Shown here in pieces: positions 1 through 9,341 of a stretch of DNA of 64,000 nt (within the stretch, counting starts at the first letter, position 1; each line of letters begins with the position of its first letter). Source of the DNA: Oscillospiraceae bacterium. GTDB lineage: Bacteria > Bacillota > Clostridia > UBA1212 > UBA1255. Location: assembly GCA_015069165.1 (NCBI GenBank), contig SVJD01000005.1:6021-70020 (forward strand). The letters run 5' to 3'. The notes below the pieces were generated by a model. The model had not been told where the DNA came from. It saw only the letters and a list, made by a program, of their open reading frames with translations, and made no database searches. Made by a program: the position numbers and the translations under genes.

Positions 1-388
1 CTTCAAATAAATCTTTTTCTGCAGAAAACAGTAATTCCCACAATTCCAGTATCGTTGCGGCATAAAAATCTCCATCTTCATCATATACAGTATTTATCAG
101 ACCCATCGAATACAAGTACTGACCGTAACAATATAATCCCGGACCATCGTCTGCAGCCTCACATTCAAGAGCCAAATAATCTTTAATTGCAATATCCGAT
201 ACAACTGCCAACAACACGTCTTTGTTCTTATACGCTTGTGTAATATAATCAATTCTCGCTTCCTTGACACTTTCTGTTTTTTCTTCTATTTTCGCCCCAA
301 CCCTGATAACATACTTTTTGATTTTTTTATATATTTTCTCAATCTGTTTTTTATCTTTTGTATGCAAATTCTCTTCACGACTTGCCAT
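1..388 (-). CDS. hypothetical protein (partial, runs off 5' window edge)
   Basis: Minus-strand reading frame starts at ATG 388 and stays open to position 1 with no stop. N-terminus is MASREENLHTKDKKQIEKIYKK... It is absent from the ORF track because it is open-ended. No family recognised. Confidence 0.35.
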   Translation of the reverse strand, partial: MASREENLHTKDKKQIEKIYKKIKKYVIRVGAKIEEKTESVKEARIDYITQAYKNKDVLLAVVSDIAIKDYLALECEAADDGPGLYCYGQYLYSMGLINTVYDEDGDFYAATILELWELLFSAEKDLFE

Positions 389-512
389 TGTAATATACTA
401 CCGTTCCTTTCTCAGAAATACACGGATTTCCGGCGGCTGCGAAATATTGTTACGATGCGCAAAAATCAGTGGATGTATATTACAACAGCTCCACTGTTTT
501 TGCAAATCCGAA

Positions 513-532
513 ATTATTTCCCGGGAAATAAT
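513..532 (-). terminator. possible hairpin downstream of spoIIIAH
   Basis: Perfect palindrome ATTATTTCCC/GGGAAATAAT lies 6 nt after the spoIIIAH stop. The stem is AT-rich and the T-run is weak. Confidence 0.3.
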
Positions 533-537
533 CTTGC

Positions 538-1143
538 TTAATATACGCCTTTAAGTACAATGTCGTCCATTTCACAACCTGTAATGTCACATGCAGAAAC
601 AGCTATAGCAGATGCTTCATTGGCATCGAGAGATTCCGCAGAAACCGTAATGTACACACATTCGTTTTCAATAATTACAAATACATCATCATATCCTCTT
701 GCCGTAATATTCGTTTCAAGGTTCTCTTCGATTTGTGTAATTTCTCTAAGTGATTCAATTTTTGCAACGGCTTCTGCCACACTGTTTTCTCCGGAAGTTT
801 CGCTGCCTATAATTTCATTACAACTTTCTTCCGCTTCGCTTCGTTGATTTAATTTATTAAGCCTTACAGTTGCAAAATATTCTTCCTTATCATCAACTTT
901 AATAACACCGCTGCCTATATTTTCAATTTCACCTTCTGATACAACTTCGGAGCCGTCATCCTCTCCTATATCAGTATTCACATTAACATTGCCTTCTCCT
1001 GCCGGTTTTCCCGCCTGTGCACTTTGCGTGCCGGCATTCTGAACAACGGCAACTGCCAAAAGCACAAGACATACTGCTAAAGCAATAAGTCTTTTCGTTC
1101 TCATAGACATATTTTTAATTTTTTCCATAATATCAAATTTCAT
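538..1143 (-). CDS. spoIIIAH: stage III sporulation protein AH (SpoIIIAH-like)
   Basis: Last gene of a co-directional spoIIIA cluster. It has an N-terminal TM anchor followed by an acidic linker and a C-terminal globular domain. RBS AAAGGGG sits 8 nt upstream of the ATG. Confidence 0.7.
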   Translation of the reverse strand: MKFDIMEKIKNMSMRTKRLIALAVCLVLLAVAVVQNAGTQSAQAGKPAGEGNVNVNTDIGEDDGSEVVSEGEIENIGSGVIKVDDKEEYFATVRLNKLNQRSEAEESCNEIIGSETSGENSVAEAVAKIESLREITQIEENLETNITARGYDDVFVIIENECVYITVSAESLDANEASAIAVSACDITGCEMDDIVLKGVY

Positions 1144-1191
1144 ATTGCCAACCCCTTTAAGATTTTATTTGTTATTTATATATGCACCACA

Positions 1192-1752
1192 CTACCCCGT
1201 TATGCTGATTTTCCCCGGCGAAATACCGTAAAGTGCCATTAAAGTTTTAAGTATTTTTTCTTCAAGTATTTTACTCACACCGCCTTCCACGCACACGGCA
1301 ATCCCTTCGATTTCAGGCGCGATCTCCGAAAGCATTACAGCTTGTTCGTTGCCTTGCGAATCCTTTATAACAACTACATTCCCCTCTTTAACATCACGAT
1401 TTTCTTCCGCATGGTTATCGCCGTTCGACTCGGTAATAACTGACATATCGTTGTTTTCGTTGCGAGCCGGAATTTTGCTTCCTTGATTTTTCACATACAC
1501 CGCAACCGTAACTTTTTTTACCCCCTCTATACCTTTTAATACGCGTTCTATTTGCGCTTCATATTTTTCGCTGTAACTCATGCAAACCGTTTCTTTCTCA
1601 GGTTGCGTAAAATCCTCTTGCCCGACGGAATCCATGTTTTTCGCCTGACTGTTTTCTACGATATTCCCAATCAACAACAAAACAATTCCGGTAAGTACTA
1701 TAGCTATCTCAAATTTATAAAGCCGCAATTTAACATTTTTTAAAATCCCCAT
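1192..1752 (-). CDS. spoIIIAG: stage III sporulation protein AG
   Basis: Seventh position in the operon. Single N-terminal TM segment and a size typical of SpoIIIAG. RBS AAGGTGGGA. Confidence 0.75.
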   Translation of the reverse strand: MGILKNVKLRLYKFEIAIVLTGIVLLLIGNIVENSQAKNMDSVGQEDFTQPEKETVCMSYSEKYEAQIERVLKGIEGVKKVTVAVYVKNQGSKIPARNENNDMSVITESNGDNHAEENRDVKEGNVVVIKDSQGNEQAVMLSEIAPEIEGIAVCVEGGVSKILEEKILKTLMALYGISPGKISITG

Positions 1753-1754
1753 AA

Positions 1755-2351
1755 TTATTCATCCCACCTTATCATTATTTTGCTTTTATCTGTTCCGACA
1801 AGCTCCGAAACCATATCTTTAATTTCATTTTCATATACTTTCATATCTTCGTTGCCCGTACTTTCTTCTTTTTCTATTTTTATACCGTGCTTGTCTATAA
1901 CTATATTCGGTACCTCAATTTTATTAATCGAGGCCTCTTCTTTCTCCTCTTTTTTCTCTGAAATATTTAAAGCAACACTTAAAATCTGAGCAAAACTTTC
2001 CGACGACATATTTTCGTCTACGGTAATAATTATTTCTCTGCAAACATACTTTTTCTCTTTTAATGCTTTTTCTATTTCTTCCTTAATTCTGCTTTTATAA
2101 TGTTCTATAACCTGATGCTCCGCGCTGTCGTTTTGTGCTTGGTTTACAAGTTCGTTTTTCTCTGTTTCAAGCATAATTTTTTGACTTATTATTTCTGTTG
2201 TAAAGTCAGAAAGGGGCATTATAAGTATGCTTAAAAACACAAATGAAAGTGCAATTGTCGAGGCATTTCGTATATTGCTTTTCGGCAAAATATAACTCAC
2301 CACAGTAAACAAAATTGCCGCAACGCAAATCTTCACTACCCAATCAAGCAT
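1755..2351 (-). CDS. spoIIIAF: stage III sporulation protein AF
   Basis: Sixth position in the operon, with two N-terminal TM helices and a charged C-terminal domain. I prefer ATG at 2351 (after GAGGGGG) to the track's GTG at 2363, which abuts the RBS. Confidence 0.7.
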   Translation of the reverse strand: MLDWVVKICVAAILFTVVSYILPKSNIRNASTIALSFVFLSILIMPLSDFTTEIISQKIMLETEKNELVNQAQNDSAEHQVIEHYKSRIKEEIEKALKEKKYVCREIIITVDENMSSESFAQILSVALNISEKKEEKEEASINKIEVPNIVIDKHGIKIEKEESTGNEDMKVYENEIKDMVSELVGTDKSKIMIRWDE

Positions 2352-2355
2352 TCCG

Positions 2356-3264
2356 TCACACACCCCCTCGCACCAAAGTTACAAGCACCGCAACATTCAG
2401 AATACTCATTACACTCATAAGGGCTGTTATGCCCGTTATCATCATAAATGCGTCACCGACGTTTGTTATTGCGTTTGAAATTTTGGCATCTGCAACAGGC
2501 CGTATTAAGATACCTGCTATGCGGTACACAAGCACATGTGTTGCCATTTTTACGCAAGGAGCTATTGCAATCGACAAAACGCCTGTTACCGCCGCTATTC
2601 CTGCCGTGCTTTTAATCACCGATGCTCCGGCAAAAACCATATCGGCGCTTTCTGCCAAATATCGCCCTACAACCGGTACCATGGCACCTGTATATTTTAG
2701 CGTTCTCGATGCCATACTTGCTCTTGCTCCGGTCAATGCGCCTGACAATGTTGCTGTACAAGAAAAGACTATCATCATAATTCCGAGGCCCCAGTTAAAT
2801 ACAAATTTTACCATTCCTTTAACTCCGTCAAGGCTGAATTTATTGCTTACACTTGCACAGATGCCGATTATTGTATAAATAAGTGCAAGGGGCAAAAATA
2901 TTTCAGAGAGCAAAACCGCCGCACTTTGTGTGAGTGTTATAAAGACAGCTGCACCTGAAGCACCGCTTCCTACATCGCTTGCGCACAGCGCCGGAATGGA
3001 ACTCAACATTACCGTTCTGATTTCTTCTATTGTTTGTGTTGCGTTTTGTATAACATCTTTTATGTTTTCTACTATGGGAACGCACAATACGCATATTGCG
3101 GCAAAAGAAATTATATCTTTCAGACCGCCGTTTTGGTCTTCGGTCGTTGCCGAAAACAAAGAACACATATAGCTTGCAGATACAATCAAGAGTAATATGC
3201 CGCCCCCGGATTTGAACTGTATTGAAACTTCATTATTGATTAGATCTATAAATTGCTCCCACAC
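2356..3264 (-). CDS. spoIIIAE: stage III sporulation protein AE (polytopic membrane protein)
   Basis: Multi-TM protein at the fifth position in the operon. The track ORF (to 3450) overlaps spoIIIAD by 180 nt. GTG at 3264 is preceded by AGGGTG and lies just after the spoIIIAD stop at 3270. Confidence 0.8.
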   Translation of the reverse strand: MWEQFIDLINNEVSIQFKSGGGILLLIVSASYMCSLFSATTEDQNGGLKDIISFAAICVLCVPIVENIKDVIQNATQTIEEIRTVMLSSIPALCASDVGSGASGAAVFITLTQSAAVLLSEIFLPLALIYTIIGICASVSNKFSLDGVKGMVKFVFNWGLGIMMIVFSCTATLSGALTGARASMASRTLKYTGAMVPVVGRYLAESADMVFAGASVIKSTAGIAAVTGVLSIAIAPCVKMATHVLVYRIAGILIRPVADAKISNAITNVGDAFMMITGITALMSVMSILNVAVLVTLVRGGV

Positions 3265-3269
3265 TTTAA

Positions 3270-3659
3270 TCACCCTGCTAACGACTTTACGGTTTCTATA
3301 AGTGTTGCAGCCCACGGAACTGCCATCATAACAATAAATACCCTGCCTGCTGCTTCTATTTTTGCCGCAGTGGAATTTTCCCCAAAATCGCGGCACAGAG
3401 CCGACGAAAATTCCACCGTATATGCCGCCCCTATTATTTTTACTACGCATTTTACAGTTTCACTGCTAAGCTGAGAATTGTCGAAAAGTTTTCTTATAGA
3501 CTCAATCGCACCGCTTGCCGTGTTTAAAACTCCCACAAGCAAAAGTACGGAGCCTGCCGCCGTAATAAGCGGTACCATTTGACTTTGCATCCCTTTCAGC
3601 AAAACGATAAGCATTGATACGACTACGCCCGCAAGCGCTATTTTCAAAATTGTTTCCAT
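3270..3659 (-). CDS. spoIIIAD: stage III sporulation protein AD
   Basis: 129-aa four-TM protein, METILKIALAGVVVS..., with the typical SpoIIIAD size and position. Confidence 0.85.
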   Translation of the reverse strand: METILKIALAGVVVSMLIVLLKGMQSQMVPLITAAGSVLLLVGVLNTASGAIESIRKLFDNSQLSSETVKCVVKIIGAAYTVEFSSALCRDFGENSTAAKIEAAGRVFIVMMAVPWAATLIETVKSLAG

Positions 3660-3677
3660 GATAAATACTATCCTTTA

Positions 3678-3869
3678 TTATCCGAAAAATGATTTCAACA
3701 AAGAAAACAAATCTTTTATCTCGCCGGAAATGACAATCATTGCAAGTATCAGCCCTGCAACAGTCACAAGTGTAGCTTGTTCATCTCGTCCCGACTTAAT
3801 CAAAATCGGATTGACGACAGCTACAATAATTCCAATCCCGGCAATTTTAAATATCAAATCAATTTCCAT
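3678..3869 (-). CDS. spoIIIAC: stage III sporulation protein AC
   Basis: 63-aa two-TM protein. The IFKIAGIGIIVAVVNPILIKSGRDEQA motif matches the SpoIIIAC pattern. Confidence 0.85.
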   Translation of the reverse strand: MEIDLIFKIAGIGIIVAVVNPILIKSGRDEQATLVTVAGLILAMIVISGEIKDLFSLLKSFFG

Positions 3870-3887
3870 TTATCTCACCTTATCAGC

Positions 3888-4421
3888 TTAAAAAAGCACA
3901 ATTATTACTACAGCCGCTATCGCCAGTGCAATTTTAACAGCGTTATTCCCTTCTTTTGTTTCTGCCGCATTCGCTTCTTTTTCAAGTGTTTGCAATCTCT
4001 GCAAACCTGCCGTAACGTGCGCAGTTTGTCTTTGTGTATTTGCAATACCTATGGCTTTGCCTATATTTCTTATGCACTCTTTGTCCTTTTCATTAAGACA
4101 AACTTCATCCTCAAAAAACTCATTGCAAGCTTTGTCCCATGCGTTTTCAAAGCTTCCGAACTCCGTTTTCAAATTTTCTGCCGCACAAGTCCATACATCT
4201 TTTCCTTTTTCTTTTTTGAAGAATTTCTCTCCGCAATCACGAAGCACATTATCAAGAAGTGTATTCTCTATTGCAATTGTGTCATCCGCATATTTAAGAG
4301 CTTCTTGCATTTGCTTCAAAATCTCACACCTTTTTTTATATTGCATTTTTACTTTTCTTCCTGCAAGCAAACTGCCTATCGTAACAAGTGCAGAGCCCGC
4401 AACTTTTAATACAAAGTACAT
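3888..4421 (-). CDS. spoIIIAB: stage III sporulation protein AB
   Basis: 177 aa with TM segments at both ends. Its start overlaps the spoIIIAA stop (TAATG). Confidence 0.75.
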   Translation of the reverse strand: MYFVLKVAGSALVTIGSLLAGRKVKMQYKKRCEILKQMQEALKYADDTIAIENTLLDNVLRDCGEKFFKKEKGKDVWTCAAENLKTEFGSFENAWDKACNEFFEDEVCLNEKDKECIRNIGKAIGIANTQRQTAHVTAGLQRLQTLEKEANAAETKEGNNAVKIALAIAAVVIIVLF

Positions 4422-5386
4422 TATCCCACCACCTGTTTCCCTTGAAAAATCACTTCTTTTAATGTTCCGGGGCCTTTTTCACAGTCGAAAATTATGTATT
4501 TTTCAAAAACTCCGGCACCCATCATAGCCCCGATTTCATTTCTCTTTTTCATATCCGTCAAACAACTGCCGTGAGCCGTTGCTATTATCTTCATTCCGGC
4601 ATTTATAGCAGATTCCACCGCCGCCGCATCGCCTTTTCCTCCGATTTCATCTGTGATAATCACCTCCGGTGCCATACTTCTTATCATCATCATTATGCCT
4701 TTTTCTTTTGGGCAGGCATCGTACACATCTGTCATTTTACCTACATCATTTGACGGAACACCGTTGTAACACGCTGCAATTTCCGAACGTTCGTCTATAA
4801 TCCCCACGCTTATACCCTTAAACTGCAAATACGCATTGCCTGTACCCAAAATTCTGGCAATATCTCGTATAACCGTTGTCTTTCCGCACGCAGGCGGCGA
4901 AATAATAAGTGTACTGAATACTTCGCGGTCGTTTTTTATGATGTGTCGAATTACGTTTTTTGAACACCCTTTAACTTGTCTTGCAATTCTGATATTCATA
5001 CTCGAAATGTCATAAATAGCACCATCGGGAAGCATTTTGCCGGCAATTCCGACCCTGTGACCACCTTTTAATGTTATATACCCGCACTTAATATCTTCCT
5101 TGTACGCATACAGCGAACTTCTGCAAATTCCCGCAAATATTCTGTTTACTTCTTCTTTTGACGGAATGTACGCTTTCTCGGCAAGTACGGTATCTCCGTT
5201 TGCATCAATAAAGAGTTTATTTTTGTTGCCGTCAATCACACAAAGGGGCATACTTGCTCTTATTCTTATTTCAGCAGCAGTCGTAAGCATTGTATTATTA
5301 CGCGAAAAACAGCTTTTAAGCGAAAAAGCAACAGGCGTATTGCCTAACCTGTCCGTAATTTCTTGCTGAAACTTAACATAATCCAT
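4421..5386 (-). CDS. spoIIIAA: stage III sporulation protein AA (AAA-type ATPase)
   Basis: Walker A motif SPPACGKTT, a Walker B-like ITDEIG, and first position in the spoIIIA operon. RBS AAGGAGGAG. Confidence 0.9.
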   Translation of the reverse strand: MDYVKFQQEITDRLGNTPVAFSLKSCFSRNNTMLTTAAEIRIRASMPLCVIDGNKNKLFIDANGDTVLAEKAYIPSKEEVNRIFAGICRSSLYAYKEDIKCGYITLKGGHRVGIAGKMLPDGAIYDISSMNIRIARQVKGCSKNVIRHIIKNDREVFSTLIISPPACGKTTVIRDIARILGTGNAYLQFKGISVGIIDERSEIAACYNGVPSNDVGKMTDVYDACPKEKGIMMMIRSMAPEVIITDEIGGKGDAAAVESAINAGMKIIATAHGSCLTDMKKRNEIGAMMGAGVFEKYIIFDCEKGPGTLKEVIFQGKQVVG

Positions 5387-5491
5387 ATCTTGCTCCTCCT
5401 TGGTTTGTCCTTATCAACAAGTTTGTACAAATATATGAAAGCGTGTCCTGTTTTATTCTTATAAAAATTTTCAAAGTCTAAAAAAATTGTA

Positions 5492-5520
5492 TTGCAAAAA
5501 AAAAAATTTAGTGTTATAAT
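5492..5520 (+). promoter_or_regulatory. sigma-A-type promoter for tRNA-Gln
   Basis: TTGCAA (5492-5497), 17-nt spacer, extended -10 TGtTATAAT (TATAAT at 5515-5520). It lies 34 nt upstream of the tRNA. Confidence 0.45.
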
Positions 5521-5553
5521 AACCAATGTTGTTCAGAGTTATTAACTCTTCGG

Positions 5554-5627
5554 TGCGGAATTGTGTAACGGTAGCACGAATGACTCTGACTCATTTTGTC
5601 TGGGTTCGAATCCTAGTTCCGCAGCCA
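5554..5627 (+). tRNA. tRNA-Gln (anticodon CTG)
   Basis: Hand-folded cloverleaf. Acceptor TGCGGAA/TTCCGCA; anticodon stem AATGA/TCATT with loop CTCTGAC; T-arm CTGGG-TTCGAAT-CCTAG; encoded GCCA 3' end. Confidence 0.9.
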
Positions 5628-5630
5628 AAA

Positions 5631-5662
5631 AGCCAACTTGTTTGCAAGTTGGCTTTTTTATT
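5631..5662. terminator. bidirectional rho-independent terminator
   Basis: Stem AGCCAACTTG / CAAGTTGGCT with loop TTTG, flanked by an A-run and a T-run. It lies between tRNA-Gln (+) and the gtrA-like gene (-). Confidence 0.7.
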
Positions 5663-5708
5663 TTTCACAAATATGGAGTTAAAGAAGAACAAAAATGTTT
5701 ATCTCGTG

Positions 5709-6134
5709 TCATTTTTTAAATACCCAAAATTTATTTATCAAATAATTTTCAACAATCAACACCGGTGTCGCTATAAGTTTGCAGTATTCTTCCGGAATAC
5801 CCAAAGCATTCAGAAGCATAACAAAAAGAGCGCTGAGTGCTACATAAATCAGAAATGCAATTATAAATTTAACGCCTGTATGCTTGTTTCTTTCATCAAA
5901 AACAAATTTACTGTTTAAGATATAACTGTTGATTGCACCTGCGATATCACCGATCACAGAGCTTATAGCGGCGCTTAAAGAAGCGCCTGCTATTACGACG
6001 TTCAATCCTGCCAATCCAAATATTTTAAGCATTATCCAATTCACAACGAGAGCTACAATTGTATTTGATGCGCCCACGATACAAAAAAGAATAAATTGTT
6101 TGTATTTTTGCCACAACTCTTTAAATTTCTTCAC
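5709..6134 (-). CDS. GtrA family membrane protein
   Basis: Four-TM small protein with a GtrA-like pattern (FILFCIVGASNTIVALVVNW... INKFWVF). I prefer GTG at 6134, 6 nt after CAGGAGA, to the track start at 6158. Confidence 0.75.
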   Translation of the reverse strand: MKKFKELWQKYKQFILFCIVGASNTIVALVVNWIMLKIFGLAGLNVVIAGASLSAAISSVIGDIAGAINSYILNSKFVFDERNKHTGVKFIIAFLIYVALSALFVMLLNALGIPEEYCKLIATPVLIVENYLINKFWVFKK

Positions 6135-7050
6135 TTTGAATCTCCTGTTTCTTTGCACTGCATACTTTATATACCATTACCATAGTAATGCATATCATAA
6201 CAACACTAAAAATTAAAATTACAACTTCTTCGATGAAAGTTACCATAATGGCTGATGGTATTCCCGAAATATTAAACATACTATGTATGATTATAGCTGC
6301 TAATATAGAACCGGATTGCTCATATACATACACCATAAACAACGAAATTGTTCCGGCGTAGAGAGCTTGTAAAATATTGCCGTGGTATATTCCGAATAGG
6401 AATGAAGTTACAACAGCTGCTGTAATTACAGTAAAATATTGCGTTGATTTAGTTTGCGTTTTTGTTAATGTTTTTATGATTTTTTTGATTGCGTTATATA
6501 TCAAGCCTCTGAACAGCAGTTCTTCTACGATGGGTGCGCAAATTCCGGTGGCAATCAATGTAAGGATTAAATTGCTTTCTTGGAAAACTGAAACGTTTTC
6601 TTGATTACCTTGTATCCAAGAATCAGGGAGTCTGTTTGCTATGAGATTAAGCCCTACATTCGAAGCAATTCCTATAAAAATTCCCAAAGCAACGGATAAT
6701 ACCGCAATCTTTCGGGTAGGAGATTTATATTCAAAGTCAATGGTTTTTGAAAAATTTTTCTTAATATGCACCAACATGAAAATTCCCAAAAACAAGACAA
6801 CAATAATTGAATACATCAATGATATATGTTGATTAAACATATTCATAGCTTTTTCTAAATGTTGTTCCTCGGTTAAATTTACATCTTCTGTCAATTTTAC
6901 AAAAATAAAAGAGAAAGCGGATTGAACTGCAAAGTTAATAGCCAAAAAAACAAAGAAATTAGCAAACGGAATTATAATTGCTTTTAAAATTGTTATTATG
7001 TTTAAGTACTTTTTTACTTTTTCTTCATTTTGATTATTTAGCTCTTCCAT
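6121..7050 (-). CDS. CPBP family intramembrane glutamic endopeptidase (CAAX protease / Abi family)
   Basis: Motif 1 EELLFRG and motif 2 FGIYHGN in a polytopic protein. ATG at 7050 is preceded by GGGAGGAG. Confidence 0.85.
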   Translation of the reverse strand: MEELNNQNEEKVKKYLNIITILKAIIIPFANFFVFLAINFAVQSAFSFIFVKLTEDVNLTEEQHLEKAMNMFNQHISLMYSIIVVLFLGIFMLVHIKKNFSKTIDFEYKSPTRKIAVLSVALGIFIGIASNVGLNLIANRLPDSWIQGNQENVSVFQESNLILTLIATGICAPIVEELLFRGLIYNAIKKIIKTLTKTQTKSTQYFTVITAAVVTSFLFGIYHGNILQALYAGTISLFMVYVYEQSGSILAAIIIHSMFNISGIPSAIMVTFIEEVVILIFSVVMICITMVMVYKVCSAKKQEIQSEEI

Positions 7051-7156
7051 ATTGTAAACTCCTCCCAAAACATGGTATAATAAACAAAATATGTTCACAA
7101 CAAGCTTAATTATATATAAATTTCATATAATTACAAGTTTTTAAGGAGTCAGCGTT

Positions 7157-7747
7157 ATGCAGCATACCGAAAATGTTTCGCGAGCCGAAGCACCTTTTGC
7201 AATTTTAAACAGAATCAAAGAAATATACGAAGAACGCGGCATGTGCATTGTTGCAATCGACGGAAACTCCGGCGCAGGCAAAAGCACTTTGGCAGCTCAT
7301 CTTGCTGCGGCATCTCGTGCTTCTTTGATACACACGGATGATTTCTTTCTTCCGACCGAATTGCGCACAGAAGAACGCCTCGATACTCCGGGCGGTAATA
7401 TCGATTATGTCAGATTCCAACAAGAAGTAATAAATGGTATTTCGTCAGGAAAAAGCTTTAATTACAAAGCATACTCTTGTGCAAATGGCGAGTATTCCGT
7501 AAAAAGAATAAAATGTTCTCCGATATATATCATAGAAGGTGTATACAGCCTTCATCCGATATGGCAAAACGCCATTGATTTGAAAGTTTTTATGCGTGTT
7601 GATTACGAAACTCAATTAAGCAGAATCCTCGGCCGCAGCGATGCGGAAAAGTTGAATATTTTTAAAAACAAATGGATTCCTATGGAAAATAAATATTTTG
7701 ATTTTTACAATATCGAAAGCCTTTGTGACATCATCGTATTTTCGTAA
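7157..7747 (+). CDS. uridine kinase-like P-loop nucleoside/nucleotide kinase
   Basis: P-loop GNSGAGKST, followed by DDFF and EG.Y.LH patterns typical of the uridine kinase / PRK family. RBS AAGGAG. Confidence 0.7.
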   Translation: MQHTENVSRAEAPFAILNRIKEIYEERGMCIVAIDGNSGAGKSTLAAHLAAASRASLIHTDDFFLPTELRTEERLDTPGGNIDYVRFQQEVINGISSGKSFNYKAYSCANGEYSVKRIKCSPIYIIEGVYSLHPIWQNAIDLKVFMRVDYETQLSRILGRSDAEKLNIFKNKWIPMENKYFDFYNIESLCDIIVFS

Positions 7748-7755
7748 AATTGCTA

Positions 7756-7784
7756 TTGACAGCTAAACAATAATCGTGTAAAAT
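7756..7784 (+). promoter_or_regulatory. sigma-A-type promoter for tRNA-Arg
   Basis: TTGACA (7756-7761), 17-nt spacer, TAAAAT (7779-7784). Confidence 0.45.
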
Positions 7785-7818
7785 ATGCGGCGTTGCTTAT
7801 CTTTTAAGCACTTCATAC

Positions 7819-7895
7819 GCACCCATAGCTCAATTGGATAGAGCGTCTGGCTACGGACCAGAAGGTTGTGGATTCGAGCTCTGCTGGGTGCGCCA
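7819..7895 (+). tRNA. tRNA-Arg (anticodon ACG)
   Basis: Acceptor GCACCCA/TGGGTGC; D-arm GCTC-AATTGGATA-GAGC; anticodon stem TCTGG/CCAGA with loop CTACGGA; encoded CCA. The T-stem GTGGA/TCTGC needs two G-U pairs. Confidence 0.85.
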
Positions 7896-7902
7896 ATAAA
7901 AA

Positions 7903-7940
7903 AGCCTTGTAAATGATTAGTTTACAAGGCTTTTAGTATT
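7903..7940 (+). terminator. rho-independent terminator after tRNA-Arg
   Basis: Stem AGCCTTGTAAA / TTTACAAGGCT with a 7-nt loop, followed by a T-rich tail. Confidence 0.7.
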
Positions 7941-8128
7941 TTCCGAGATTACATTTGAAAATTTTGTTAAAAGCTTCTGGTTTCCAAATCAAATGAATGA
8001 ACAGGAACATCGAATATCAACTATAGCGTTTCACAATAGCATATTGCGCATAATTTACAGTTATTTCAGCAATCAAAACATGGAGAAATATATAAAATCA
8101 TTACCTTATGGCGATAGGATCTAATAGC

Positions 8129-8158
8129 AAAAGCGAGGTGAATTTCACCTCGCTTTTG
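8129..8158. terminator. terminator hairpin downstream of fic
   Basis: Stem GCGAGGTG / CACCTCGC with loop AATTT, flanked by AAAA and TTTT. It lies 18 nt after the fic stop. Confidence 0.6.
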
Positions 8159-8175
8159 TAATGTTAATTATTGAT

Positions 8176-9309
8176 TTATGTGTCTTTTCGTAGTATCGAA
8201 AGATATTCTTCATACGCAAATACTCGATTGCGATTTGCGTTGTTGGTTTGAATTAAAATTCCCGCGTCCACCAATCTATTTACCGCAAGAGAAACTGTGC
8301 TGAATGCAAGATTTAATTCTTCTGCAGTTTTACCGATATCAATAATTGGATTTTGCTCAAGATAATCAAAAACAGCTCTGGCATTCTTTGCAGCTCTCCC
8401 CATCGCATCTATCTTTTTAATGTTTGCATCATGGAGTTCGGATAGTTTTTTGATTGTTTCAACCGATTCATCGGCTGACTCTTTAATAGCATTTAAGAAA
8501 AATTTTATCCACTGCTCGTAATTGTCTTTATTACGAACCTCACTCATGCGGTCATAATACTCAATTCGATTTTTCTTAAGATAGTATGATATATATAATG
8601 CAGGGGAATTTAACACCTTCTTATCCATCAAGAAAAGAGTAATTAAAAGTCTGCCAACGCGACCGTTACCATCAAGGAATGGGTGGATTGTTTCAAACTG
8701 GTAATGCAGTAAAGCCGCTTGAATAAGTAGGTCCAAAGAATCGTCAGAATTGATATACTCTTCCAAATCAGACATGGCATTTATCATATCCTCCGGATTC
8801 GGTGGAATATAACGTGCATTCTTTAGAGATGAATCACCAGCGCCAATCCAGTTTTGAGAAGTTCTGAATTCGCCTGGATTTTTCTCCTGTCCACGAACTC
8901 CTGACATTAAAACTTCATGCGTTTCTTTAATCAGTCTATTGCAGAGAGGAAGTGTGTTCATTCGTTCGAGCGCAAACTCTGTGGCTTTAATATAGTTCAC
9001 AACATCTGCCACATTTTGATTAGCATTCTTTTCTATTAATGGATCTAAAACATCTTCAAGTGTTGCTTGTGTGCCTTCAATTTGAGATGACAACAAAGCT
9101 TCCTTTCTAACATACATTGATACAAAAAGATTCATATTGGGGATATACAAAAAAATTGCATCCAACGTTGCCAATGCTTTAGTTGCACCGGTGAGAAGAA
9201 AAACCATTTCGTTATCCATATCAATTACAGGCGGCAATGGTGCAGGCCTAAACGATTTATACATTGCCTCCCCGCTTAAATTGCTTATATATTCTCCCGA
9301 TCTTTGCAT
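8176..9309 (-). CDS. Fic family protein (class II, N-terminal inhibitory helix; C-terminal winged-HTH-like region)
   Basis: Catalytic motif HPFLDGNGRVGR (HxFx[D/E]GNGRxxR). Inhibitory motif SSQIEG ([S/T]xxxE[G/N]) lies upstream in the same chain. ATG at 9309 sits 6 nt after GGAGGAA; the track start at 9324 is a TTG inside the RBS. Confidence 0.9.
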   Translation of the reverse strand: MQRSGEYISNLSGEAMYKSFRPAPLPPVIDMDNEMVFLLTGATKALATLDAIFLYIPNMNLFVSMYVRKEALLSSQIEGTQATLEDVLDPLIEKNANQNVADVVNYIKATEFALERMNTLPLCNRLIKETHEVLMSGVRGQEKNPGEFRTSQNWIGAGDSSLKNARYIPPNPEDMINAMSDLEEYINSDDSLDLLIQAALLHYQFETIHPFLDGNGRVGRLLITLFLMDKKVLNSPALYISYYLKKNRIEYYDRMSEVRNKDNYEQWIKFFLNAIKESADESVETIKKLSELHDANIKKIDAMGRAAKNARAVFDYLEQNPIIDIGKTAEELNLAFSTVSLAVNRLVDAGILIQTNNANRNRVFAYEEYLSILRKDT

Positions 9310-9341
9310 AAACGTTTCCTCCAAGTCGAAATTACATTTTA

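Noticed and set aside
2315-4409. Long plus-strand ORFs (2315-2878, 3777-4409, 4051-4527) across the spoIIIA operon.
   Set aside because: They are antisense to spoIIIAE, spoIIIAB and spoIIIAA, which have clear family signatures, RBSs and operon logic. The antisense products are low-complexity and hydrophobic or basic, as expected by chance in low-GC DNA.
5387-5470. A sigma-E-type sporulation promoter upstream of spoIIIAA. A TCATATA element is present.
   Set aside because: I could not find a convincing CATACA-T type -10 element at the correct spacing, so I did not annotate a promoter.
5496-5506. An A11 homopolymer in the spacer of the tRNA-Gln promoter, within the divergent spoIIIA upstream region.
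   Set aside because: It gives the optimal 17-nt spacer as it stands. There is no evidence of variability, and A/T runs are common in intergenic DNA of this composition.
7819-7895. The tRNA-Arg T-stem needs two G-U pairs (GTGGA/TCTGC), which might indicate a pseudo-tRNA.
   Set aside because: The acceptor, D and anticodon arms, the T-loop TTCGAGC and the encoded CCA are all canonical. The gene also has its own promoter and terminator. G-U pairs are tolerated, so I kept it as a functional tRNA at slightly reduced confidence.
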